Positions 1-8,410 of a stretch of 64,000 nucleotides of DNA are shown piece after piece. This DNA is from Candidatus Gottesmanbacteria bacterium UBA6580 (lineage in GTDB: Bacteria > Patescibacteriota > Microgenomatia > UBA10105 > UBA927), in contig DJJA01000003.1 in the NCBI GenBank assembly GCA_002433895.1, positions 9,950 through 73,949 on the forward strand, given 5' to 3'. The position numbers and the translations under genes were made by a program. Within the stretch, counting starts at the first letter, position 1. Every line of letters starts with the position of its first letter. Below the pieces are notes generated by a model. That model was not told the origin of the DNA and did not search any database. It saw nothing but the letters and a program-made list of their open reading frames with translations.

Positions 1-1873
1 GGAGCTCTCCGCCAGAAAAATGCTTCACATTACTGTCCATCCGGTCAGCGATATGGTCTAAATGCAAATCATGGAGCACCTGTGTCACTTTGTCGGTATC
101 CACCTGTTTTTTGGTCCACAACAGGAGATTTTCCCGTAACGTCATGTTCTCAAAATATTGAGGGTTTTGGTTGGCATACGCGAGTTGTGAGTAGATAGAA
201 TGCTCGCCATATTTTTTAATCGAATTGAGATCGCGTCCTCCATACGATACCTTTCCCTCTTCCGCACCAAAAAGCCCCAACATGTGACGCAAGAATGTGG
301 TTTTCCCGATCCCCGATTGCCCCTTAATCGTCACAAAAGACCCCTGCGGAATATCCATGCTTACATCATGAAGAATGTTTTTAAATCCCAGTTTATTTAT
401 CGATATATCAAAATTTGGCAAACTTTCTACCGGCACGCGCAGTTTCTCACGGGCGCCATCTGGTGTATCTACTTGATCGTAAGGACCCAATAGCTCATTC
501 ATCCTACGGATATCCTGAAGTGCCGGCTGTATTTTATCGGTATAGTCATGCACCATTTCCTCTATCATGGCGCCATTTATTCCCTCAAGTGCCATAGTAC
601 TTGTACCCGCAAGCATCACATTAAGTGACGGGTTCGTAAATTTTCCTGCCTTCGCATCTTTATTGGTGAGCGCATCCCAATTCATCAACGCTTCCCAACC
701 TGCCGCGACAATAGGGATACCATAGGTATAACCCATGCCGTAATATGCCTCTTTTTTGTCCCGGTCACTTCGTGAAGAGTCTGCGGCGACATCAACCTCA
801 TCGCTTTTTGACATATTACTCTGCAACTCTTCCATGGCATTCACCATGCTATCGGTCGTGCGCACCACTTCCAGGCTCTGTAACGATGACAAAACGCGGG
901 CATCGATAAGGTCCTTGCGTTTGAGATTTTCAGCCCGCTCTTTCAATATTTTCCGTGCAGTTTGCTCCCCGTGACGCGCGAGAAATGGAATACGGATTAA
1001 CCCCAAAATACCGGCAGGAGGCGCGATCAGGAATTCAGTCGTGGTAATAGCGCCCAGGGCGGCCACTTTTGGCAACATTCCCTTGTATGTTATCCGCATC
1101 AAATCCACCGTCGCCTGCTTACCCTTATCGACAATATTCATGATTTCCGATGCCGGCTTGTCATGGATGAATTCAAAATCGCGCATAAATACGGACTGCG
1201 CAACACGGGTGTTAATAGCAGAGCGGAGCTTCATGGTGCTTTCCTCGAATTGTTTATTAATTCTCCTTCCGTTCACGAGCGGTGGAATAAGCCCCAACAC
1301 ATAGACATACGGTAGTGTTTCTTTTGCGATTGCCATTGCCCGCTTGAGGCGGTCCCAGTTTCCTTTTGCTGCTGAAAATTGCACCGCCTCAGCCACAGCT
1401 TTTTCGATGTGTCCAGGATTGGAAGCATGTTGTATCCCGTAGATACTCAGCGTTTCCAAAACAGTATTCGTGCGGATTTTATCGGCTGCTTCATAAAATT
1501 CCGGCGCTATCGAAGAAAATTTGTACGTTTTTTCTATATCGGTGACTATGCTTTTGTATTCCGCCATATCCTTCTGCATGTCCGGCGAAAAAACAACTTC
1601 AGAGGCGCGCTTCCCCGCATTTCCCACCGCTTCTTTTACTTTCTGACTGAGTGATGTGGTTTCCTGTGGAGTAAGCGGAACCTGATGTTGGGCAAAGTCT
1701 TTGCTCACCTCGCCGACAAGGGCGTTTGCCCCCTCTCCGATAGCTTTCGGATCCTGCGCTTCTAATGCATGCAGTAATTTCGAGGAAGCTCCGGTATTTT
1801 TCGGAGGTGTGGAAGGACGCTCAGAAACACGGGCATCTTTATGATGCAACGGTTTCGGCGCTTGTTCACTCAT
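1..1873 (-). CDS. ABC transporter ATP-binding protein with ~520 aa non-canonical N-terminal domain (C-terminus beyond window edge)
   Basis: Uninterrupted minus-strand frame from the ATG at 1873 to the window edge; absent from the ORF track only because no stop lies inside the window. My translation gives MSEQAPKPLHHKD... with Walker A GQSGIGKTT near residue 540 and FSGGE signature just before the window edge. The N-terminal 500 aa has a few Gly-rich hydrophobic stretches but is not a canonical 6-TM domain. Confidence 0.7.
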   Translation of the reverse strand, partial: MSEQAPKPLHHKDARVSERPSTPPKNTGASSKLLHALEAQDPKAIGEGANALVGEVSKDFAQHQVPLTPQETTSLSQKVKEAVGNAGKRASEVVFSPDMQKDMAEYKSIVTDIEKTYKFSSIAPEFYEAADKIRTNTVLETLSIYGIQHASNPGHIEKAVAEAVQFSAAKGNWDRLKRAMAIAKETLPYVYVLGLIPPLVNGRRINKQFEESTMKLRSAINTRVAQSVFMRDFEFIHDKPASEIMNIVDKGKQATVDLMRITYKGMLPKVAALGAITTTEFLIAPPAGILGLIRIPFLARHGEQTARKILKERAENLKRKDLIDARVLSSLQSLEVVRTTDSMVNAMEELQSNMSKSDEVDVAADSSRSDRDKKEAYYGMGYTYGIPIVAAGWEALMNWDALTNKDAKAGKFTNPSLNVMLAGTSTMALEGINGAMIEEMVHDYTDKIQPALQDIRRMNELLGPYDQVDTPDGAREKLRVPVESLPNFDISINKLGFKNILHDVSMDIPQGSFVTIKGQSGIGKTTFLRHMLGLFGAEEGKVSYGGRDLNSIKKYGEHSIYSQLAYANQNPQYFENMTLRENLLLWTKKQVDTDKVTQVLHDLHLDHIADRMDSNVKHFSGGEL

Positions 1874-1879
1874 ACAACG

Positions 1880-1888
1880 ATTATAGCA
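1880..1888 (-). promoter_or_regulatory. Extended -10 element (TGnTATAAT) 6 nt upstream of the ABC gene ATG; possible leaderless transcript
   Basis: Minus-strand sequence tgcTATAATcgttgtATG; no convincing -35 element. Confidence 0.3.
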
Positions 1889-2053
1889 AACATACGACAA
1901 CGAAAGGAAAGCAGTGAAGGGAGCGTCGTTATTGGTTTTTATACTCGGAAATTACCCAGCGGAGCCCTAGATTAAACTCACCGGTTACGTTCTCCGGCGC
2001 TTTCACGGCGTTTGTAAAATACATCGCGAGGCAAAAAAGGAAGGCCTCAACCG

Positions 2054-2557
2054 TTATGCTGCGGCTGGCTTTGGCGCACGGAAGTTGGTCCACATGCTCC
2101 TGGCTTTTTCAGGAATACTCTTAATGAACGTGAGAGCCTGGGCGCCTTTTTCTTTCACTGCTCCTTTTGCGACTTCCAGTCCAAATGCACCCATTGTCCC
2201 CTGATCGGCAAGCCACTTTCCAATAGGTCCGCCTTTGGCAATAATAGTACGGAATTTCTCACTCCCGACAAGACCGCCGGCAAACCCAACAACTGCGGTC
2301 GCGGTAGCAAGTGCGCCAACTCGTTTTCCGACAGCAATCCTTGCGGATTTCGTGGCGTCAGATTCAATCTGAGACATCACCGCTTGTCGTTGTTCATCGG
2401 TTAAACCGTTATGCACATCCGCATATTTGGCAACCATTTCTTTATGATCCTGATACCATTTTTCTTTGGCGCCCGACACCGTAAACGCGCGGCGCAATCC
2501 TTCTTTTATTCCTTTTTTTGGTGGTTCCATTGACATTCCTATTTCTGCCATAGACAT
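2054..2557 (-). CDS. Hypothetical protein, cassette large member L1 (helical N-terminus, Gly/Ala-rich hydrophobic C-terminal half)
   Basis: 167 aa ORF. Shares architecture with the proteins at 2941..3438 and 3750..4280 (hydrophobic segment VGALATATAVVGFAGGLVG followed by a Trp-containing Gly-rich amphipathic segment). Confidence 0.5.
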   Translation of the reverse strand: MSMAEIGMSMEPPKKGIKEGLRRAFTVSGAKEKWYQDHKEMVAKYADVHNGLTDEQRQAVMSQIESDATKSARIAVGKRVGALATATAVVGFAGGLVGSEKFRTIIAKGGPIGKWLADQGTMGAFGLEVAKGAVKEKGAQALTFIKSIPEKARSMWTNFRAPKPAAA

Positions 2558-2588
2558 ATCCTTTCTTCTTTGGGCAAGATAATTTTAC

Positions 2589-2912
2589 TTATTTTACCTG
2601 ATCAATCCCCTCTTCTGAGAGTGCCTTATCGACTTCCGTCAGCACTTCATTCATCAGCGTGTCGATTTCCGTAAGCGCCTGGCCATCTTTAATCGTGTCA
2701 GTAATAAGCTGCGAATAGCTCTCCACCGTCACCCTACTTTTTGGATCTGCCGCCAAAAAATCAAGCTGGTCTTTGGGCATGTATTTCAGTAATACCGGCC
2801 ACACTGTTACCTGAAGCCCCTCAGAAATGGTGGTATAAAGCTCTGCCTTTTCTTCTTCAGAAAGCTTACTCTGCTCTATTCTTGTTACAATTGCTTTTAG
2901 TTTGTCTTCCAT
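2589..2912 (-). CDS. Hypothetical acidic helical protein, cassette small member S1
   Basis: 107 aa ORF. Clear paralog of 3435..3746 and 4277..4618 (IEQSKLSEEEKAELYTTISEGLQVTVWPVLLKYMP versus IEASSLSADEKAQLYAAISGGLQGSVWPVLIKLAP). Confidence 0.55.
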   Translation of the reverse strand: MEDKLKAIVTRIEQSKLSEEEKAELYTTISEGLQVTVWPVLLKYMPKDQLDFLAADPKSRVTVESYSQLITDTIKDGQALTEIDTLMNEVLTEVDKALSEEGIDQVK

Positions 2913-2940
2913 GCCGCCTCCTTTATGAGCGTTCCCCTAT

Positions 2941-3438
2941 TTAGGGAATAATTTTTATTTTAGACGGTAACCCTGGACCTTTAGCAAAAAAGTCACCGAT
3001 GTTTTTGGCGATGTCTGAAAGTTTATTTGGTACATCAATAAGAATTGTCTTGTGGGGATCAAACATCCATGTCCGAACTGCTTCAAGCCCTGTGCCAATT
3101 GCTACCGGTGCGGTTTTGGTCAAAAATGCCCACATAGCCGGCAATCCGCCAGTCGCAATACTCCACCCTGCCGCAAGTCCTGCGCCGGTGATGATCCAGT
3201 TACGGACAACCTTACGCATCGCGGTTTTATGAATTGCTTTTTCATTGAACGCTATCAGTTCTTCCCGTTGTGCGGGGGTAAAACTAGCATACAAATTGTT
3301 GTACTTTGTCACCTCTTTTGCAGTCGCCCCTTTGAGGGTATAGGTTTCTTTTAGAAACGTCGTAATCCGCTCAGCGACGCGCTTCACGGCTCCCGGCTCT
3401 TTATCCACATTCACTGGTGTTTCAGTTACTTCGGTCAT
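2941..3438 (-). CDS. Hypothetical protein, cassette large member L2
   Basis: 165 aa ORF; 4-nt start/stop overlap with the upstream S2 gene. Gly-rich hydrophobic region WIITGAGLAAGWSIATGGLPAMWAFL. Confidence 0.5.
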   Translation of the reverse strand: MTEVTETPVNVDKEPGAVKRVAERITTFLKETYTLKGATAKEVTKYNNLYASFTPAQREELIAFNEKAIHKTAMRKVVRNWIITGAGLAAGWSIATGGLPAMWAFLTKTAPVAIGTGLEAVRTWMFDPHKTILIDVPNKLSDIAKNIGDFFAKGPGLPSKIKIIP

Positions 3439-3746
3439 ATGTGCTCCTCCTTCAAGGCAGCATCGACTTCGTCCAATAATTTATTCATCGTTTCTTCTAT
3501 TTCCGCGTACGAGCTATCTGTATCAACAACTCCGGAAATAAGCGCATTGTACCGTTCCACTTTCTTCTTCTCATCAGTTTCTTTGAGAATTTCATCAATC
3601 TCATTGGGTGGAGCAAGTTTGATAAGTACCGGCCACACAGACCCCTGCAATCCTCCGGAAATTGCTGCATAAAGCTGCGCTTTCTCATCAGCAGACAGTG
3701 AAGATGCTTCTATGCGCGTGATGATATCATCGAGTCGCTGTTCCAT
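3435..3746 (-). CDS. Hypothetical acidic helical protein, cassette small member S2
   Basis: 103 aa ORF; paralog of S1 and S3. Confidence 0.55.
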   Translation of the reverse strand: MEQRLDDIITRIEASSLSADEKAQLYAAISGGLQGSVWPVLIKLAPPNEIDEILKETDEKKKVERYNALISGVVDTDSSYAEIEETMNKLLDEVDAALKEEHI

Positions 3747-3749
3747 AGC

Positions 3750-4280
3750 TTATACGGCAACAGGAGCTGGCTCTCCCGGTTTTACCCGTTCCCCGCCGTG
3801 CAGTATTTTATTGACGATCGGTGCCACCGCTTCTGAAGTGACGACTGCGCCGCCTACTTTTGCCATTTTTCCTACTGCCCACTCCACCGGTCGGTACCGC
3901 ATTGTTGCCCACATACCAACGCCTTTAGTAAGCAATGAGCCTCTCATTGCAAATGGTATAACAACGGCAGTCAGCGCTATATCGGCAAGACGCGCACCAA
4001 ACTGAGCTATTTGAGCTGCTTCGTATGCCGCTGGGCGCAAGTCTGCGAGCATCTTTTGGGAACCCTCGTATCCTTTATTCCCCATCCGGTCAATCATCTG
4101 CTCGTAAGCCTCCACAGTTTCTACCAACGGTGCTGCACGCCGTACTTTTTCTGGCACAAGCGGGGTTTTAACATTCTTTTCCCGCCCACCCTGGAACCGC
4201 CCACTCTGTTTCATCTCAAGATAGGCAATTGCCCTACTCCTCGGACTCATTGCTGCTTCACCCATAGATTGCTCACTCAT
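3750..4280 (-). CDS. Hypothetical protein, cassette large member L3
   Basis: 176 aa ORF; 4-nt overlap with S3. Hydrophobic LADIALTAVVIPFAMRGSLL followed by the Trp/Gly-rich segment GVGMWATMRYRPVEWAVGKMAKVGGAVV. Confidence 0.5.
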   Translation of the reverse strand: MSEQSMGEAAMSPRSRAIAYLEMKQSGRFQGGREKNVKTPLVPEKVRRAAPLVETVEAYEQMIDRMGNKGYEGSQKMLADLRPAAYEAAQIAQFGARLADIALTAVVIPFAMRGSLLTKGVGMWATMRYRPVEWAVGKMAKVGGAVVTSEAVAPIVNKILHGGERVKPGEPAPVAV

Positions 4281-4618
4281 GCTATCCCTCCTTTGGAAAG
4301 GGCAGTTTCGATATCATCTAATACTTCCTGCGTTGCTGTGTTGAGCTCCTCATATAGCTTAGGATCACTTAATGGTTTTTTCATGAGTTCGATATAAGCA
4401 TCTACGGTTGCCTTGGACGCATCAGCGGCCATAGCCTTCACTTCTTCACTGGGAGCATGCTGTAAAATGATGGGAAGCACGGACTCGTGGAGATATTCAC
4501 TTATCTTGGCATACATCGCTTCTTTGTCTTCGTCAGTCCAGCCGGACTTTTCAATTTTTACCACTATATCGGTGAGCCTGCTTTCAAAACTTTGATTTGT
4601 TGTATTCATACTAAACAT
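4277..4618 (-). CDS. Hypothetical acidic helical protein, cassette small member S3 (start uncertain; ORF-track TTG at 4633, ATG at 4618 or 4609)
   Basis: Paralog of S1/S2 (VVKIEKSGWTDEDKEAMYAKISEYLHESVLPIILQHAP). Confidence 0.5.
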   Translation of the reverse strand: MFSMNTTNQSFESRLTDIVVKIEKSGWTDEDKEAMYAKISEYLHESVLPIILQHAPSEEVKAMAADASKATVDAYIELMKKPLSDPKLYEELNTATQEVLDDIETALSKGGIA

Positions 4619-4680
4619 CACTGTAGCGAACAATGAGATAGATTGTCAACAAGCTTGAGGCAGCGCTTGTTTCTTTACCC

Positions 4681-4710
4681 ATAGTAGTGTCCTGTAGGCA
4701 CACCTGTCAA
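4681..4710 (-). promoter_or_regulatory. Candidate sigma70-type promoter for the cassette array (-35 TTGACA, 18-nt spacer, -10 TACTAT on the minus strand)
   Basis: Reverse complement of 4681..4710 reads TTGACAggtgtgcctacaggacacTACTAT. It sits between the gdhA stop and the S3 start. Confidence 0.35.
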
Positions 4711-4729
4711 GCGAGCAATTACCCACGCG

Positions 4730-6061
4730 TCACTTCATTGCTTTAAGTATCCGCCCGAGTGCCACGATAAATGCCGCAGTTCGCAAATCCGTTTTATGAG
4801 CAACAGATGCCTGCCATACCGCTTCGGCGGCTGCGGCCATCTTATGCGCAAGCTTTTTATTTACTTGGGCTTTTGTCCAGTGCTGCCCTTTCAAATTCTG
4901 CTCCCACTCAAATGCCGACACCGTCACTCCCCCGCTATTACTAAGGATATCCGGAATAACCGGGACACCCTTTTTGTACAGAATAACATCCGCCTCCGGT
5001 GTCGTCGGACCATTTGCCATTTCGAGCACGACCTTAGCTTTGATCTTACCGGCATTTTCCTGCGTTACCGCGTTTTCTAGTGCTGCCGGAACCAATATAT
5101 CGACCGGCAACTCCAGCAGTGCATCGTTGGTCACCTGCTTCCCTTTTTTCAAATCGCACACCGAACCGGAACAATAGCACCCGGCCAAATACCCGTTTTT
5201 CTTTTTACATTCAAGGGTAAGCGCCGGATTAATTCCGTCGGGAACATAAATACCACCCTTGCTATCCGAGACCGCCACCACGGTAATCCCCGCTTCATCC
5301 AAAAACTTCACGATGTTATACCCCACATTGCCAAAGCCTTGTACTGCCGCAGTAAGTTTTCCTTTGAGCCGTAGTTTTTTTAAGATTGCCTGCAGCACAA
5401 ATAATCCCCCCAACCCGGTGGCCTCTTCTCTCCCCTCACTTCCCCCGTCTTTGATTGCCTTTCCGGTAAACGTGCTTTTGAGCTTCATCTCATCGCGCTT
5501 CGTCAGTGTTTTACCGAATAGCTTTGCTTTTTTGCGCTGTGTTTTGAGAAACTCGTCGACCATCCACCCCATAATAATCCCGTTTGTGTTCACATCGGGT
5601 GCTGGTACATCAGTGTCGGGACCAATGATGTCCGCGATCGCTTCACCGTATCCACGGCTTAACCGCTCAAGCTCACCCACCGAAAGCATTTTCGGATCAA
5701 CGATAATACCGCCTTTTCCTCCGCCGAGCGGAAGATCAGCTACCGCACATTTCATCGCCATCCAAAACGACAGCGCCTTTACCTCATCCAAACTTACATT
5801 GTGGTGATACCGGATACCCCCTTTATATGGACCTCTACTGTTATTAAACTGCACCCGGTATCCTTGAAATATTTGCTGGGAACCGTCATCCATGATGACA
5901 GGAATGGTCACATTTACCACACGCTGTGGTTGCTTCAACCGGTCAATTTTTTGTTGTAATGCAGCTTTTTGCTTTCCCGTTAACTGCTTATTGTTCACGG
6001 TTACTTGTTCAGCTTTTTTAAGCTGACTCATTGCTGACAAAAAAGGGTTTATAGTAGACAT
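4730..6061 (-). CDS. gdhA: NAD(P)-specific glutamate dehydrogenase
   Basis: 443 aa. Glu/Leu/Phe/Val dehydrogenase motifs [15 protein letters not shown] and the GFGNVG Rossmann fold. Confidence 0.85.
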   Translation of the reverse strand: MSTINPFLSAMSQLKKAEQVTVNNKQLTGKQKAALQQKIDRLKQPQRVVNVTIPVIMDDGSQQIFQGYRVQFNNSRGPYKGGIRYHHNVSLDEVKALSFWMAMKCAVADLPLGGGKGGIIVDPKMLSVGELERLSRGYGEAIADIIGPDTDVPAPDVNTNGIIMGWMVDEFLKTQRKKAKLFGKTLTKRDEMKLKSTFTGKAIKDGGSEGREEATGLGGLFVLQAILKKLRLKGKLTAAVQGFGNVGYNIVKFLDEAGITVVAVSDSKGGIYVPDGINPALTLECKKKNGYLAGCYCSGSVCDLKKGKQVTNDALLELPVDILVPAALENAVTQENAGKIKAKVVLEMANGPTTPEADVILYKKGVPVIPDILSNSGGVTVSAFEWEQNLKGQHWTKAQVNKKLAHKMAAAAEAVWQASVAHKTDLRTAAFIVALGRILKAMK

Positions 6062-6103
6062 AATTCCTCCTATTATAAATAGTACTCAATACCTATAGTT
6101 TGA

Positions 6104-6802
6104 CTAATAAAATAGCTCTGATTTAATCTGCTCCTTGGGAACATTATGCGCTAATAACTGCTCCCTCACCTCTTCTATCATTCCTTTGTTCCCGCACAGA
6201 TAAAACTCACTTTGCTGCAGGTCTTTTTCCTGCGAAAAAACATGTTCTGTCACATGCCCCCGCAGACCTGTCCAGGCATCAGAAGGCTTCGACAGTATTT
6301 GGTGCCACGTAAACGCCGGATGACGGGATTGTAACTTGTCTAACTCGTCTTTCCAATAGATATCTTTTTCAAACCGTTGCCCCCAATACAGTTCTACATT
6401 CGCTCCCCCACCCCGATCGAAATAATCGATGATCATCCCTCGAAATGGTGCAATTCCGGTACCCGTTGCAATCATCACTTTTTTACGCGGTGAATCTGCA
6501 AACGATAACACACCCCCGGTCGGAGCGACGATAGTCGCCGTATCCCCGACTTTCAAACCCAACGTCCATTTGCTTCCCGGCCCCATAGGGCTCACATCGT
6601 GCACCATAAGCAACGACAGATTTTCAGACGGAGGGGATGCAATCGACATCGTTCGGTTCACCCCGGGAGCAATCATGAGCATCATGTTTTGTCCTGCACG
6701 AAAATCAATACTCGGGGGCAAAACGAGGGCAAAGGTTACGAAATATACTTTATCGGTCACCTGCTCTTTTGAGGTAACCTTAAGCGTGAACTTCTGTGCC
6801 AT
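6104..6802 (-). CDS. FAD/NAD(P)-binding oxidoreductase (ferredoxin-NADP reductase-like)
   Basis: 232 aa; R-x-Y-S-like FAD motif RTMSIAS, GTGIAPF and the C-terminal YLCGNKGM typical of the FNR family. Overlaps trxB by 23 nt. Confidence 0.65.
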   Translation of the reverse strand: MAQKFTLKVTSKEQVTDKVYFVTFALVLPPSIDFRAGQNMMLMIAPGVNRTMSIASPPSENLSLLMVHDVSPMGPGSKWTLGLKVGDTATIVAPTGGVLSFADSPRKKVMIATGTGIAPFRGMIIDYFDRGGGANVELYWGQRFEKDIYWKDELDKLQSRHPAFTWHQILSKPSDAWTGLRGHVTEHVFSQEKDLQQSEFYLCGNKGMIEEVREQLLAHNVPKEQIKSELFY

Positions 6803-7730
6803 GGGCTTCTAAATATTTTTCTGCGTCCATTGCTGCCATACACCCCTGTCCTGCGGCAACAATCGCCTGCCGGTACCGTGGATCTACACAATCCCCTGCT
6901 GCAAATATTCCCGGTACCGTTGTTTCTGTTTGTGCCGCAAGAGGTGATACCCCACGCTTTACCACCACATAGCCTTTTGGATCTAATTCAACCACACCCT
7001 GTAAAAATCCCGTGCTTGGCTTGTGCCCGATAGCCAAAAACACTCCTTGCGTCGGATAATCGGTAATCTCCCCTGTCTTTGCGTCCTTGAGCCGGATACC
7101 TGTTACCTCTGTATCGCCTAATATCTCTTCAACGATTTTATTCGTCAAAAAACTGATGCGGTCATCCTTTTTTGCCCGGTCAAGCATAATCGCTGATGCG
7201 CGGAACTCATCCCTCCGGTGAACAATAGTTACTTTCGGAGAGAATTTCGTGAGAAACGTCGCCTCCTCCATTGCGGTGTCCCCGCCACCGATTACCGTGA
7301 CAACTTTTCCCCGGAAGAAAAATCCATCACAGGTAGCACACCCCGACACGCCCTTACCTTTCAGCCGCTCTTCACTCGGTAACCCTAGATACATAGCAGA
7401 TGCGCCGGTGGCCACAATGACCGTTTTTGCCGTGTATTCATTGTTTTGTGTTGTAACGGTGAATACCGTGCCTTTGTTAATACCCGTCACGACCTCCTGC
7501 TTTATCTCCGCGCCAAAGCGCTCCACCTGCGTTTTCATATCAGTCACGAGCTGTGGCCCCATTATCCCTTTGGGAAATCCCGGGAAATTATCAACCTCTG
7601 TTGTCGTGGTAAGCTGTCCTCCCGGTTCTAATCCTGACAATACGAGAGTTTTAAGAAACGCACGGGAGGTATACAGTGCGGCCGTATAGCCCGCCGGCCC
7701 TGAACCGATGATGATGACATCGTACGTCAT
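6780..7730 (-). CDS. trxB: Thioredoxin-disulfide reductase
   Basis: 316 aa; N-terminal GSGPAG FAD motif, redox-active CATC, second GGGDTA dinucleotide motif. Confidence 0.9.
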   Translation of the reverse strand: MTYDVIIIGSGPAGYTAALYTSRAFLKTLVLSGLEPGGQLTTTTEVDNFPGFPKGIMGPQLVTDMKTQVERFGAEIKQEVVTGINKGTVFTVTTQNNEYTAKTVIVATGASAMYLGLPSEERLKGKGVSGCATCDGFFFRGKVVTVIGGGDTAMEEATFLTKFSPKVTIVHRRDEFRASAIMLDRAKKDDRISFLTNKIVEEILGDTEVTGIRLKDAKTGEITDYPTQGVFLAIGHKPSTGFLQGVVELDPKGYVVVKRGVSPLAAQTETTVPGIFAAGDCVDPRYRQAIVAAGQGCMAAMDAEKYLEAHGTEVHA

Positions 7731-7765
7731 ATTACTTTTTTAAAATACAACACGTGCTACCGCAA

Positions 7766-8074
7766 TTATTTATTCAACTCAGCAACCAAGGTGTCTTTAC
7801 TGGTAACCCCAATAAACTGTTTCGTTACTGCCCCTCGGTTAAACACCATAAGGGTAGGAATACTCATGATTCCGTACTTTTGTGCGTTGACCGGATTCTC
7901 ATCCACATTCAACTTGACGACCTTTGCCTTATCTCCTACTGCGGCGGCGACTTCCTCTACTATCGGCCCCTGCACCTGGCACGGACCGCACCAGACTGCC
8001 CAAAAATCAACGAGCACCGGCTTATCTGATTGCAATACTTCTGTATCAAATGTTTGATCGGTTACGTCTGCCAT
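7766..8074 (-). CDS. trxA: Thioredoxin
   Basis: 102 aa; WCGPC active site. Confidence 0.9.
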   Translation of the reverse strand: MADVTDQTFDTEVLQSDKPVLVDFWAVWCGPCQVQGPIVEEVAAAVGDKAKVVKLNVDENPVNAQKYGIMSIPTLMVFNRGAVTKQFIGVTSKDTLVAELNK

Positions 8075-8195
8075 ATTGCCTCCTTTGCAACACTACCCAA
8101 TATATTTTAGGATTTTCAGTATACCACTGGAGCGCGCTCTGTAAACCCCGTCTGTTTTAGACTGTCCGTACGCGCCACAACAAAGAGGTACCTGC

Positions 8196-8399
8196 TTATT
8201 CGCGGATACGGTACCCAGCGGCTATGACCGCTTCTTTTACGAGATCGTCACTATTTTTTTCATCCATCTCTACTTCCACTATCTGCTTTGCAAAACTACA
8301 CCGGCCGTTAATTCCCCGGTCTTCCAATTCTCCTTCGATGAGCATGGCGCAACTTGCGCAATGCATCCCGTCAATCTGATACGTTTTTGTTTTTTTCAT
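8196..8399 (-). CDS. copZ: Heavy-metal-associated (HMA) copper chaperone
   Basis: 67 aa; GMHCASCA MxCxxC motif. Confidence 0.8.
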   Translation of the reverse strand: MKKTKTYQIDGMHCASCAMLIEGELEDRGINGRCSFAKQIVEVEMDEKNSDDLVKEAVIAAGYRIRE

Positions 8400-8410
8400 A
8401 TACTGGTTGA

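Noticed and set aside
5259-5807. 182 aa plus-strand ORF and other small ORFs inside gdhA, trxB, copA, endoQ and other genes
   Set aside because: They are nested antisense or out of frame within confidently assigned genes and carry no independent signals.
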